A DNA stretch of 64,000 bases from Verrucomicrobiota bacterium (GTDB lineage: Bacteria; Verrucomicrobiota; Verrucomicrobiia; Limisphaerales; AAA164-E04): NCBI GenBank assembly GCA_029247315.1, contig JAQWLM010000099.1:6111-70110 (forward strand), written 5' to 3'. Position numbers and translations under genes: made by a program. Below the pieces are notes generated by a model that was not told where the DNA came from, ran no database searches, and saw only the letters and a program-made list of their open reading frames with translations. Positions 31,040 through 40,542 of the stretch are shown in pieces (position 1 is the stretch's first letter; every line of letters starts with the position of its first letter).

Positions 31040-31581
31040 ACCTCCCCCCCCCTTTTTGTAGGCGAGGATGACTTGCTCTCGGTGGCAGAACTAGATTCGA
31101 GTAAAGTCCATTTGAAGGTTCCTACGGCGTTGAACCTGCATTCAGCCATGAAAAAACCATCACGATGTTTCCAGAAAAGTGGCCATATGTATGCACGATC
31201 AGTTGCAGGAACATCGAGTTTATCCAATTGCCCTCTTGTGAAAAATGCAAATGAGCCTTCCAAATGTGTGGGTGGGCATCGCTGTAGTGGTTGAAGGTAT
31301 TCAAATAAAAACATCAACCAGTGCATTTTGCCTTCTGAGTTTCTCTCGTTCACAATCCCTTTGAGTTGAAAGTCCGATAGACTTGCCTGGATACCTAATT
31401 CCTCACTTGCCTCGCGCCTGGCGCATGCATGTGGCGATTCTCCACTGATCCTTGCGAGTTTGCCACCCGGAGGACTCCATAGTCCTTGGTTGGGCGTTTT
31501 TTTTCGCCTCATGAGTAGAATTCTTCCCGTGGTGTCAAAACAATAAAGGAGGGTGGCAATTTGATATTGGATTGCGTTCAT
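31036..31581 (-). CDS. NUDIX hydrolase
   Basis: Nudix box GGKLARISGESPHACARREASEELGI (REx2EExGU present, with a 2-residue insertion in the Gx5E part). Confidence 0.8.
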   Translation of the reverse strand: MNAIQYQIATLLYCFDTTGRILLMRRKKTPNQGLWSPPGGKLARISGESPHACARREASEELGIQASLSDFQLKGIVNERNSEGKMHWLMFLFEYLQPLQRCPPTHLEGSFAFFTRGQLDKLDVPATDRAYIWPLFWKHRDGFFMAECRFNAVGTFKWTLLESSSATESKSSSPTKRGGEV

Positions 31582-32171
31582 CAGACCAGTTCCAGTGTGT
31601 CGGCATCCATCGTCATTGCAGCAGCCTGTCCGATGAAATCAAGCCTGAGTAAAACGGTGGACATGCCATAACGTTGTTCAACCCATCCCTCCACACCTCT
31701 CATGGGGCCAGATCGAACAATCACTCGCTTCCCTGCACCAATTTCAGGGGCCAGTTGGAGTTCAATGCCTGTTTCGATAGCCGAGAGGATTTCGCTTAAC
31801 TGCTCCTCGAATTCCTTCTGGTCAGGGATTGTTAGAAGATTGGCAACGTAATCGCTTTGATACACCTTTTGTCTGATAAACTGGTTGATTTGCAGGAAAA
31901 GATAACCAGGAAAAAGCGGTTTGTTGAAGGAGACGGTTTTCCCACGATACTTGTGTATGTTCTTAACCGTGGGAAGAACAGTATGAAAACCTTCCCTATC
32001 GATGTATTTCTTAAGTTTTTTTTCACATCTCGGACGCGTGTGGGCCACAAACCAGAGCAGTTCGGATTGGTTCTTTGCGTCCTCCGTTTTCCCGGTATGT
32101 TGTGGATGGCTTGGTCTCATCGAGAGTTGTATGGATTGAATATCAGTGTCCAAGTCATTTGGCCCCTTCAA
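31581..32171 (-). CDS. NusG-family paralog (UpxY/RfaH-like transcription antiterminator) with an N-terminal extension of about 35 aa
   Basis: NGN domain WFVAHTRPRCEKKL...KPLFPGYLFL and KOW motif GKRVIVRSGPMRGVEGWV. Its stop shares one nucleotide with the NUDIX start (TGATG). Confidence 0.75.
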   Translation of the reverse strand: MKGPNDLDTDIQSIQLSMRPSHPQHTGKTEDAKNQSELLWFVAHTRPRCEKKLKKYIDREGFHTVLPTVKNIHKYRGKTVSFNKPLFPGYLFLQINQFIRQKVYQSDYVANLLTIPDQKEFEEQLSEILSAIETGIELQLAPEIGAGKRVIVRSGPMRGVEGWVEQRYGMSTVLLRLDFIGQAAAMTMDADTLELV

Positions 32172-32337
32172 TGGTCAAAGACCCTGCAGTCCTCGCACTC
32201 CCCATATGCGTGCCAAATCCAGTTGTTCAAATGATTAACGTGAATGGGAAATGCATGCATATAGGAGATCCAAAATGAAAGGATTATAGTTTCTGTATTT
32301 TTGCAAAGTTGTCCCACTTGGATCGCTTGCCTTGGAG

Positions 32338-32844
32338 TTATTTTTTTGAACCCAATGATTGCATTGCTGAGACTGTTCCTATGGAATTTCTGAGTCGATG
32401 GAGGTATTCGGTGGCATCACGAGTTCCTTCCTTGGGCGCCCATGGAGCAAAACATACGGGGCTGTTGGGTGTATAGGGTCCTTCCTTGATTTCTAAAACC
32501 ACACTTTCCGACTCGTTGACAATGAGTGTATGCCAAGTTTTTGGAGGTATTTCGACAGCATGTAACGGTCCCTCTGGAGACAATACAAATGTATCAGTGA
32601 CACTGCCTTTTTGGTTGAAAATTACCAACAGACTTGTGCCTTGAAGGGCTACCAGAAGTTCCCATTTATTATCCTCAAGATGCTGGTGAGGATGGACATA
32701 AGTCCCTTCCTTCATTGCAATGCACAATCTCTGCACTGGTTCATCGAGGCGTTCGTGCAGATTGAAATGACTTCTCTTTCGTGGCGAATTATTTGCACTC
32801 TGCAGGCAATCTTCCATCAAGTGAATATCGATTTTTTTTGTCAT
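32338..32844 (-). CDS. WbuC-family cupin-fold metalloprotein
   Basis: NNSPRKRSHFNLHERLDEPVQRL...GTYVHPHQH pattern and a size of about 165 aa. It lies immediately downstream of lpxD. Confidence 0.65.
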   Translation of the reverse strand: MTKKIDIHLMEDCLQSANNSPRKRSHFNLHERLDEPVQRLCIAMKEGTYVHPHQHLEDNKWELLVALQGTSLLVIFNQKGSVTDTFVLSPEGPLHAVEIPPKTWHTLIVNESESVVLEIKEGPYTPNSPVCFAPWAPKEGTRDATEYLHRLRNSIGTVSAMQSLGSKK

Positions 32845-32867
32845 CGGTCTCCTTTCACATCCTTATG

Positions 32868-33875
32868 TCAGTTTGCCTTGAAGAAACGTTTGATCTTGCG
32901 CAGCAGGTCAGGCAGTTGCTGGATTGCAATTAATTGGCGCTTGGCTTGCTTAGAAGGCGAAGCAGGTGATCCCATCCACTGTTCTCCCGGGGGGATTGAA
33001 TGCATCACACCAGATTGGGCGGCAACCACAGCCTTTTCACCTATTGACAAGTGACCAGCAATGCCTGATTGACCAGCCAGGATGGTATAATTACCAATCT
33101 TGGAACTTCCTGCAACGCCGGTCTGGGCGATGATAATTGCATGTTCCCCTATTTCGACGTTGTGACCTATCTGCACTAGATTATCAATTTTTGTACCCTT
33201 ACCAATTCGAGTTGATCCAAGTGCACCACAATCAAGGGTGGTGTTTGCCCCTATCTCAACATCGTCCCCGATGATCACGTCGCCCACCTGAGGGATTTTG
33301 CGATGAAATCCATGATCCAAAACGTAACCATACCCATCGGATCCGATCACCGCTCCAGCATGAATCCGAACACGTTTTCCTATCTTGGTTTTGGGGTAAA
33401 TGGTGACATTGGGAAACACTTTTGAATCCTCCTCAATAACACCAAATGCGCCTATGGTGACATGTCCCATGAGTGTGACATGTTCCCCGATACGGGCACC
33501 TTTTTCGACGATGCAATGTGGGCCAATACACGCGCTTGTCGCAACTGTTGCTGTAGGATCCACAACCGATGTGGCATGGATGCCCGGTAAACTGGCCTCT
33601 TCGGGATGTAGAAGCGTCAGAGCCTTAGCAAGGCCTGCTCTCACATTGTTCACTTGAATCAGACACTTGTTGGATGAGATATTTACCATCGGAGTAATGA
33701 CTGCCGTGGCTCCACTTTCAAGGGCTTTGTCAAGATAGCGTTCGTTTTCGGCAAAGGTGAGAAAACCCGATTGAGCACCTTCTACCGGGGAAATACCGAT
33801 GATTAAGGTATCAGGATCACCTTTGATTCGGCCATCGATGTGATCGGCGATCTTTTGAAGCGTATATGTTGGCAT
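32868..33875 (-). CDS. lpxD: UDP-3-O-acylglucosamine N-acyltransferase
   Basis: N-terminal uridine-binding-type domain ([16 protein letters not shown]), then a long hexapeptide-repeat beta-helix and a C-terminal helix. The longest ORF starts at 33932. ATG at 33875 gives the canonical N-terminus. Confidence 0.9.
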   Translation of the reverse strand: MPTYTLQKIADHIDGRIKGDPDTLIIGISPVEGAQSGFLTFAENERYLDKALESGATAVITPMVNISSNKCLIQVNNVRAGLAKALTLLHPEEASLPGIHATSVVDPTATVATSACIGPHCIVEKGARIGEHVTLMGHVTIGAFGVIEEDSKVFPNVTIYPKTKIGKRVRIHAGAVIGSDGYGYVLDHGFHRKIPQVGDVIIGDDVEIGANTTLDCGALGSTRIGKGTKIDNLVQIGHNVEIGEHAIIIAQTGVAGSSKIGNYTILAGQSGIAGHLSIGEKAVVAAQSGVMHSIPPGEQWMGSPASPSKQAKRQLIAIQQLPDLLRKIKRFFKAN

Positions 33876-33949
33876 GTTAGCAGGCTGTGGTTCTGTTGGA
33901 GTATAGCAGGGGCCTCCACGGAGGGTGATCATGCGGTAATTTCTGCCGA

Positions 33950-34384
33950 TCAGGTTCCTGTTGTGCGTGTTGTCAATGGTCCTCGACTATCCAGGACCTC
34001 GTTGTTTTTGCCCAGAATAACGACATTGGGTATCGATTGCCTGGCAACTTCATTGAGTACGTTTGCGAAGGTGATGAGTGTCAGTCTGTCTCCCGGTTTC
34101 CCAAGATGATCCGTCGCTCCGTTGAGAACCACCTGACCTAAATCGCGTTCTCCCGGAATGACATATGTTTCGAATCGCTTACCATTAGCCATGTTACCAA
34201 CGCGTAGTTCTTCGGGAGAGACAATGCCTGCGAGTTCCATGAGATCCTCAGAAATGGTCATACTGCCTTCATAGTCCACACAGGCATCCGTGACCGATGC
34301 GAGTGAAGCTTGCCCTTGAGAATTTGTATCCACATAACTCCAAGTCACGCGTTGACTTGACTTCCGGATCTCTTTATAAAGCAA
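33950..34384 (-). CDS. panD: Aspartate 1-decarboxylase (pyruvoyl-dependent), atypical N-terminus
   Basis: Self-cleavage site YEGS, plus [10 protein letters not shown] and VLNGATDH motifs. TTG start. The N-terminal strand is extended and diverges from the usual KIHRATVT. Confidence 0.8.
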   Translation of the reverse strand: MLYKEIRKSSQRVTWSYVDTNSQGQASLASVTDACVDYEGSMTISEDLMELAGIVSPEELRVGNMANGKRFETYVIPGERDLGQVVLNGATDHLGKPGDRLTLITFANVLNEVARQSIPNVVILGKNNEVLDSRGPLTTRTTGT

Positions 34385-34430
34385 CCAACACTTGATTCAA
34401 TCCCTAATCTGAGAGGTATACTAAGTTATT

Positions 34431-35594
34431 ATGGCCAAGACACTTAAAGTCGGAATGATCGGCTATCGTTTCATGGGTAAAGCGCACTCCAATGGTTGGC
34501 GCCAAGCTCCGCATTTTTTCCCATTAAAGGCCAATGTCGAGATGCACACCATATGTGGTCGAAACAAGGAAGCCTTGGAGCAATCTGCTGGAGAACTTGG
34601 ATGGAGCCATATTTCGACACAATGGAAGGAAGTTATCAACAATCCTGAAATTGATGTGGTTGACATCAATACTCCCAATGACAGCCACGCTGAAATCGCC
34701 ATTGCTGCGGCCAAGGCAGGCAAGCACGTTTTGTGTGAGAAGCCGCTTGCCATGACCGTTGAGCAGTGTCAGGAAATGGTGGATGCAGCCAAAGCGGCGG
34801 GAGTCGTGCACATGATTTGCCATAACTACAGACGTATCCCAGCCATAGCGCATGCCAAGAAGATGATTTTGGAGGGAACCATTGGTGATATTTACCACTA
34901 TCGGGCACGCTATGCCCAAGACTGGATTGTTGATCCTGATTTCCCGCTTGTATGGCGACTACAAAAAGGCATCAGCGGCTCGGGTGCGCATGGAGACATC
35001 AATGCACATATCATTGACTTGGGCCGATATTTAGTCGGGGAGTTTGAGGAGGTATGTGGTATGATGAACACCTTTATCAAGCAACGCCCCCTTGAAGATA
35101 CCTCTGGCAAGGGAGACGGACTTGGTGGTGCCGGCGGCAAAGTGATGGGTGATGTGACAGTGGATGACGCTGCTCTTTTCATCGGTAAATTCACCAATGG
35201 TGCCGTGGCCAACCTTGAGGCTACTCGGTTTGCCCTCGGACGAAAAAACAACATTGTGATCGAGATCAATGGCTCTAAAGGATCCCTTTTCTTCGACTTT
35301 GAGGATATGAATCGACTTAAGTGGTTCGATAACACCGCTGCAAGTGATCGTCAGGGATTCACCGATATATTGGTCACACAGCCAGGTGGAGATCATCCCT
35401 TTGTCGGGCAGTGGTGGCCTCCTGGACACATTCTTGGATACGAGCACACCTTTGTTCATACCCTTGCCGATTTTGTCAATGCGGTGATAGATGGTACGCC
35501 AGTGCAACCCACTTTCGAAGACGGTATGCGCAATCAACGCGTCATGGAGGCGGTGGAAGAATCCGCTGTTTCACGTCAGTGGGTGAAAGTATGA
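34431..35594 (+). CDS. Gfo/Idh/MocA family NAD(P)-dependent oxidoreductase
   Basis: Rossmann start KVGMIGYRFMGKAH, and the EKP motif (CEKPLAM). Confidence 0.85.
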   Translation: MAKTLKVGMIGYRFMGKAHSNGWRQAPHFFPLKANVEMHTICGRNKEALEQSAGELGWSHISTQWKEVINNPEIDVVDINTPNDSHAEIAIAAAKAGKHVLCEKPLAMTVEQCQEMVDAAKAAGVVHMICHNYRRIPAIAHAKKMILEGTIGDIYHYRARYAQDWIVDPDFPLVWRLQKGISGSGAHGDINAHIIDLGRYLVGEFEEVCGMMNTFIKQRPLEDTSGKGDGLGGAGGKVMGDVTVDDAALFIGKFTNGAVANLEATRFALGRKNNIVIEINGSKGSLFFDFEDMNRLKWFDNTAASDRQGFTDILVTQPGGDHPFVGQWWPPGHILGYEHTFVHTLADFVNAVIDGTPVQPTFEDGMRNQRVMEAVEESAVSRQWVKV

Positions 35595-35768
35595 TTCCCT
35601 GCAACAGGACGCTGTAATCAACCAAATGTTTCTACCTGGGGGGGTAATTGAGTGGTAGGGACATTGCCTTGTCAGGTTCGGATTGAGTCCTGAGAGGACT
35701 CTTGCCTCCCAAATAGAGGTTGAATTGCCCTTGCATCCCCATAAAAGTGCCACAAGTATGAGGGCTAG

Positions 35769-36584
35769 ATGAATCGTATTGAGCAACGCTTTGAAGCATT
35801 AAGGAATGAAGGGCGTAAGGGATTGGTTGTCTATATTGGGGCCGGCGATCCTGATCTTGAAGCAACGCGCTCCCTTGCCCTTGCATTCGATAAAGCCGGG
35901 ACTGATGTTCTTGAGCTTGGCATCCCTTTCAGCGATCCCCTGGCAGATGGCCCGGTGAACCAGCTAGCAGCGCAACGTGGTTTGGATTCAGGGACAACTC
36001 CGGTTAATGTTCTTGAGACAGTTCGCGCCATCAGGCGTGACTCTCAAATTCCGATTGTTTTTTTTGTCTATTACAATCTGTTGCATCGGTACGGTTTGGA
36101 GTCCTTTATCAAAGACAGCTCCCAGGCTGGTGTTGATGGCATTCTGATCCTTGATCTACCTCCCGAAGAATCGGAAGATTACAGTGACTTGATGTGTGCT
36201 TCTGGAATGTGTCCCGTATTTCTGGTGGCACCGACGACCCCAAAAGAGCGGATTGCTGCCATTGTAAAACATGGCAGGGGCTTCATCTACTATGTCTCTC
36301 GAGAAGGGGTGACCGGCATGCAGACGCAAATTTCCGCTGGAATTGGAGGCATGACGTCCAGCATAAAGGAGCAAACGGATCTGCCGATTGCCGTTGGATT
36401 TGGAATCTCAAACCCGGATCAGGCCAAAGAGGTGGCCTCGATGGGGGATGCCATTGTCGTTGGGAGTGCCGTGGTCCACCGCATTGGCCAGCACGGTGCA
36501 AGCGAACAAATGATTCCAGAAGTCGCTGGCTTCGTCCAATCCCTCTCGGAGGCCATACAAGAGGTTAATGTTTCTAGCCCATGA
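35769..36584 (+). CDS. trpA: Tryptophan synthase alpha chain
   Basis: LELGIPFSDPLADGPVNQ and GFGISNPDQA motifs. No trpB is adjacent. Confidence 0.9.
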   Translation: MNRIEQRFEALRNEGRKGLVVYIGAGDPDLEATRSLALAFDKAGTDVLELGIPFSDPLADGPVNQLAAQRGLDSGTTPVNVLETVRAIRRDSQIPIVFFVYYNLLHRYGLESFIKDSSQAGVDGILILDLPPEESEDYSDLMCASGMCPVFLVAPTTPKERIAAIVKHGRGFIYYVSREGVTGMQTQISAGIGGMTSSIKEQTDLPIAVGFGISNPDQAKEVASMGDAIVVGSAVVHRIGQHGASEQMIPEVAGFVQSLSEAIQEVNVSSP

Positions 36585-37699
36585 AAAGTTCGCACCGTTT
36601 TGTCATCATCATGGCAGGGGGCAGCGGTGAACGTTTTTGGCCGGTCAGTCGGGGGAAAAAGCCCAAGCAACTAATTAAATTGATTGGTAGTACTTCCTTC
36701 CTTCAACAGGCCGTTGGGCGGCTTGGGAATCTCTTGCCGATGCAAAATATCCTGATCGTGACTCAGCAATCGCAGGCCAGGGAGGTTGGACGGCAATTAC
36801 CTGCATTGCCTAAAGAAAACCTGATCGTAGAGCCCTGCGGGCGGGATACGTGTGCTGCCATCATGATTGGGGCGGCAGTGGTTGGTGCCAGGGATCCAAA
36901 GGGAGTCATGGCTGTCCTGCCAGCTGATCATCTTATTGAAGAGGGTGCTGCTTTTCGCCAAAACCTGAGGGATTGTTTTCGACTGGCAAGTCGGTATGAG
37001 GTGCTCGTGACACTTGGCATAAAGCCAACGCATCCTGCCACGGGCTATGGATACATTAAGGCGGGTGAGACGCTGAAACATGAAGGAAATGTGCTCAACT
37101 GCAAAACAAGTTTTCGATCTGTAGAACAATTTGTCGAAAAACCCTCTCTTTCCAGGGCCAAGAAATTTCTACTTTCCGGACAATATCGATGGAATGCCGG
37201 TATGTTTGTGTGGTCATTGGGATCCCTGCTGAAAGCAATGGAATTACATCAGCCTCATATGGCTGAATCATGCATGGCTTGGCTCCAGGTTGCCAGAAGC
37301 CCCAGAAAACTGGCAAAAATGTTGCATAGCGTCTATCCGGATTTACCAAGAATATCCATCGATTTTGCCTTGATGGAAAAAGCTGACAACGTTGTCATGG
37401 CGGATAGTGTATTTGATTGGGATGATCTTGGCTCTTGGACGGCTCTGGAACGCTATCTCGTGTCCGATCCTGATCACAACTGTATCCAGGGTAACTGTAT
37501 TCAGGTGGATTCAAGCCACAACATCATTTTTGATGCACGTCCCAAACGTGGAACACCCATAGCTTTGGTGGGAATCAAGGATTGTATTGTCGTTCAAACA
37601 GAGGATGCATGCATGGTTGCTTCTAAGTCTCACGCTCAGCAAATCAAGGATCTGGTTCGGAAGATCTCGTCTCTCGAAAAATTTCGACATCTGACCTGA
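36581..37699 (+). CDS. Mannose-1-phosphate guanylyltransferase-type sugar nucleotidyltransferase
   Basis: IIMAGGSGERFWPVSR..KPKQL N-terminus, about 370 aa, with no cupin isomerase domain. Its ATG overlaps the trpA stop (ATGA). Confidence 0.8.
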   Translation: MKSSHRFVIIMAGGSGERFWPVSRGKKPKQLIKLIGSTSFLQQAVGRLGNLLPMQNILIVTQQSQAREVGRQLPALPKENLIVEPCGRDTCAAIMIGAAVVGARDPKGVMAVLPADHLIEEGAAFRQNLRDCFRLASRYEVLVTLGIKPTHPATGYGYIKAGETLKHEGNVLNCKTSFRSVEQFVEKPSLSRAKKFLLSGQYRWNAGMFVWSLGSLLKAMELHQPHMAESCMAWLQVARSPRKLAKMLHSVYPDLPRISIDFALMEKADNVVMADSVFDWDDLGSWTALERYLVSDPDHNCIQGNCIQVDSSHNIIFDARPKRGTPIALVGIKDCIVVQTEDACMVASKSHAQQIKDLVRKISSLEKFRHLT

Positions 37700-37714
37700 T
37701 TATTAAAATCACCT

Positions 37715-38230
37715 TCAGAGTTCCCATTTTCTACAGAGTTGCTGGTCTGGTAATTGCCTCAGTATGGTTGTGATCGTAAGCCCGATCGTCGGAAAGATGA
37801 ACCCCGGTTCAATTTCAGCCAGAGGTGATAAGACAAATTTTCTTAGATGACTTCTGGGATGTGGCAATTGCAGGAAATCGGACTGGTGTATCTTCTGATC
37901 GACGCAGACAAGGTCCAGATCAATGATTCTTGGCTCATTGATGATTCCATTACGTTGTCTACCTAGGTTTAATTCGATATCCAGTAGGGACCGCAACAAG
38001 GTTGATGGATCTGTATCGCGGCGAACTATTAGACAAGCCGCTGCATTGGCATAAGTTGGGGAGCCTGGAGGACTATCCACAGGCTCAGAACGCCATATGG
38101 AAGACCTTCGTGCGGGCGTGAGGCTTAGGGTTTCCAAAGCTTCGAAGGCAGCAAAAATGTTAGCCCGCACATCGCCAAGATTTGAGCCCAATGAGATGAG
38201 GGCCTTCGCGGTGGAGTGCTCCTGATCCAT
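37715..38230 (-). CDS. folK: 2-amino-4-hydroxy-6-hydroxymethyldihydropteridine diphosphokinase (HPPK)
   Basis: ALISLGSNLGD, RIIDLDL and LQLPHPR...RKFVLSPLAEI motifs. Confidence 0.85.
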   Translation of the reverse strand: MDQEHSTAKALISLGSNLGDVRANIFAAFEALETLSLTPARRSSIWRSEPVDSPPGSPTYANAAACLIVRRDTDPSTLLRSLLDIELNLGRQRNGIINEPRIIDLDLVCVDQKIHQSDFLQLPHPRSHLRKFVLSPLAEIEPGFIFPTIGLTITTILRQLPDQQLCRKWEL

Positions 38231-38251
38231 GCCGATGTGGTGAATGGAACC

Positions 38252-38986
38252 TTAAGTTAATCCAAGCACATCTTGCATGGAATAAAGGCCCGGTCCCTGA
38301 TTGACGGCCCAAGCAGATGCCCTTAATGCACCATTGGCAAACGTATCACGGCTTGAAGCTTTATGTGTGAGTTCTACACGCTCTCCAGGAGTCGCAAACA
38401 CAACGGTATGATCACCAACTACATCGCCTCCACGCATGGAATGCATGCCGATTTCGTCATGAGTCCTTGCTCCTACGATACCCTCACGTCCATGACGTAA
38501 AACCTCCTGTAATTGTAATTGACGAACCTTTGCAAGGATTTCCACCAGTGTGGTGGCTGTACCGCTTGGAGCATCCCGTTTCATGCGATGATGCATCTCA
38601 ACGACTTCTAGATCAAAATCCGGTCCTAGGATTTCTGTTGCTTTGCGGGTAAGCCAGAAAAGGGTGTTCACTCCAGTGGAATAATTCGAAGCCCAGACGA
38701 TGGGAATGTTCTCGGCATGAGACAGAATTGCCTCCCGGTCCTCTTGCTTGTGACCTGTTGTTCCAATGATAAGCGCTTTACCGGCTTTGGCACATTGTTC
38801 AGCAAATTCGCATGTAGCCTCGTGAAAACTGAAATCAATAATTGCGTCTGCTTGATCGAGGATGGGCAACAGCTCATCCCCCATGTCGATTTGTCCAACA
38901 ACGCACAGTGTTGGATGTTCCTTGGCACAGCGCACCAGGGCTTCTCCCATGCGTCCCTTGGATCCTGTGATGATAATATTCGTCAT
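38252..38986 (-). CDS. dapB: 4-hydroxy-tetrahydrodipicolinate reductase
   Basis: IIITGSKGRMG NAD(P) site and EMHHRMKRDAPSGTA signature. Confidence 0.9.
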   Translation of the reverse strand: MTNIIITGSKGRMGEALVRCAKEHPTLCVVGQIDMGDELLPILDQADAIIDFSFHEATCEFAEQCAKAGKALIIGTTGHKQEDREAILSHAENIPIVWASNYSTGVNTLFWLTRKATEILGPDFDLEVVEMHHRMKRDAPSGTATTLVEILAKVRQLQLQEVLRHGREGIVGARTHDEIGMHSMRGGDVVGDHTVVFATPGERVELTHKASSRDTFANGALRASAWAVNQGPGLYSMQDVLGLT

Positions 38987-39127
38987 AGGTTGATATTAGA
39001 CAAAGCGGATTGGTTTCAATGGCTGAAAAAATCTTCCAGTAGTATGACAGCTTGGTCCAGTGTTTCGTCGTGTCTCCACTTGTCAGGCGGAGACGATGGA
39101 CGTATTGTTGTCAAACTTAGGTAATCA

Positions 39128-40489
39128 ATGCAAACCAATGAGACCAGAATCATGAAATCCGTTAATCATATCATAAGAAAAACCATACCAAGCGTGTGCT
39201 TCAAATCGCTTGCCTTTGTGCTTTTGTTTTCAACATTGCGCGCTGAAATACCCCGGGTGCAGCTAAAGCCTTTCGCCGATGGGTTCACATCTCCCATCGC
39301 ATTGACTCCTCTCAACGATGGCAAGGGAACGCTCATTGTGGCGGATCAGGTAGGTGTGGCTCATTTGCTTACAACTACGGGGATGATGCGTGGACAACCC
39401 TTTCTTTCCTTGTCGCATCGTTTGACCAAATTGAATCTGGGGTTTGAGGAGCGAGGGTTGCTGGGAATCGTCGCGCATCCTGATTTTAAGAATAATGGAA
39501 AGATTTACGTTTATTATTCTGCACCTCTCAGAAAATCTGCCCCAAAGGACTGGAACCATACAACCCGTATTGCGGAATTCAAGACAGTGGAAGGTGATTC
39601 CGAAACCATAGATTTGGCATCCGAACGTATCTTAATTGAATACGATGAGCCATATTTTAATCATAACGGGGGTGCACTTGCCTTTGGTCCTTCGGACGGA
39701 TTTCTTTATATTGCCTCCGGTGATGGGGGTAATGCGAATGGGCGGGGTCGTGGACACTCGGAGATCGGTAACAGTCAGGATTTAACTAATTTATTGGGCA
39801 AGATTCTGCGAATCGACGTGAATCAGGGTGAACCCTATACCATACCCCGGGACAATCCGTTTCAATCCAAGGGTTGGCGCGGTGAAATCTTTGCCATTGG
39901 ATTCAGGAATCCTTGGCGAATCAGCTTTGATCGAGGGGGAAATCATTCTCTATTTGCCGCTGATATCGGTCAGAATCTGTACGAAGAGGTGAATGTGGTC
40001 CATAAGGGGGGCAACTATGGATGGAACGTGCGCGAAGGATTCCATTGCTTTGACCCGGAAAATCCTACCAAGACACCCGAAAATTGCGCTGAAAACGACC
40101 ATCGGGGACATGCTTTTGTCGATCCGATTGTGGAATATAAAAACATAAAGGCATTCAAGAATCAATCAGATGCCTTCGGCATCAGTATCACCGGTGGTTA
40201 TATCTACCGAGGTAAGGCGATCCAAGGGTTGCAGGGGTATTATGTTTTTGCAGATTGGAGCCGGAATTGGGCCATTCCAGACGGGGTTATACTTGCGGCA
40301 AAACCCGAGGAAGGTGATGGTCCGTGGAAGATCCAGTCTCTTCCTACCTTCGAAAATCAGGATGGCCACGTGGGGCGATATATCACCGCTTTCGGTGAGG
40401 ATAGGAAGGGAGAACTATACGTCTTGACCAATGCCAGTAATGGATTGATGAACCGAAAAGGCGGGGTCTTCAAAATGGTAGCACCATGA
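39128..40489 (+). CDS. PQQ-dependent sugar (glucose/sorbosone) dehydrogenase family beta-propeller protein, secreted
   Basis: ERGLLGIVAHPDF, HNGGALAFGPDGFLYIASGDGG and GFRNPWR motifs. Confidence 0.8.
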   Translation: MQTNETRIMKSVNHIIRKTIPSVCFKSLAFVLLFSTLRAEIPRVQLKPFADGFTSPIALTPLNDGKGTLIVADQVGVAHLLTTTGMMRGQPFLSLSHRLTKLNLGFEERGLLGIVAHPDFKNNGKIYVYYSAPLRKSAPKDWNHTTRIAEFKTVEGDSETIDLASERILIEYDEPYFNHNGGALAFGPSDGFLYIASGDGGNANGRGRGHSEIGNSQDLTNLLGKILRIDVNQGEPYTIPRDNPFQSKGWRGEIFAIGFRNPWRISFDRGGNHSLFAADIGQNLYEEVNVVHKGGNYGWNVREGFHCFDPENPTKTPENCAENDHRGHAFVDPIVEYKNIKAFKNQSDAFGISITGGYIYRGKAIQGLQGYYVFADWSRNWAIPDGVILAAKPEEGDGPWKIQSLPTFENQDGHVGRYITAFGEDRKGELYVLTNASNGLMNRKGGVFKMVAP

Positions 40490-40542
40490 TCTGCAGCTTG
40501 CCCTGAGCGTTAATCAAATGGAATCTCTCATGTAATATTCGA

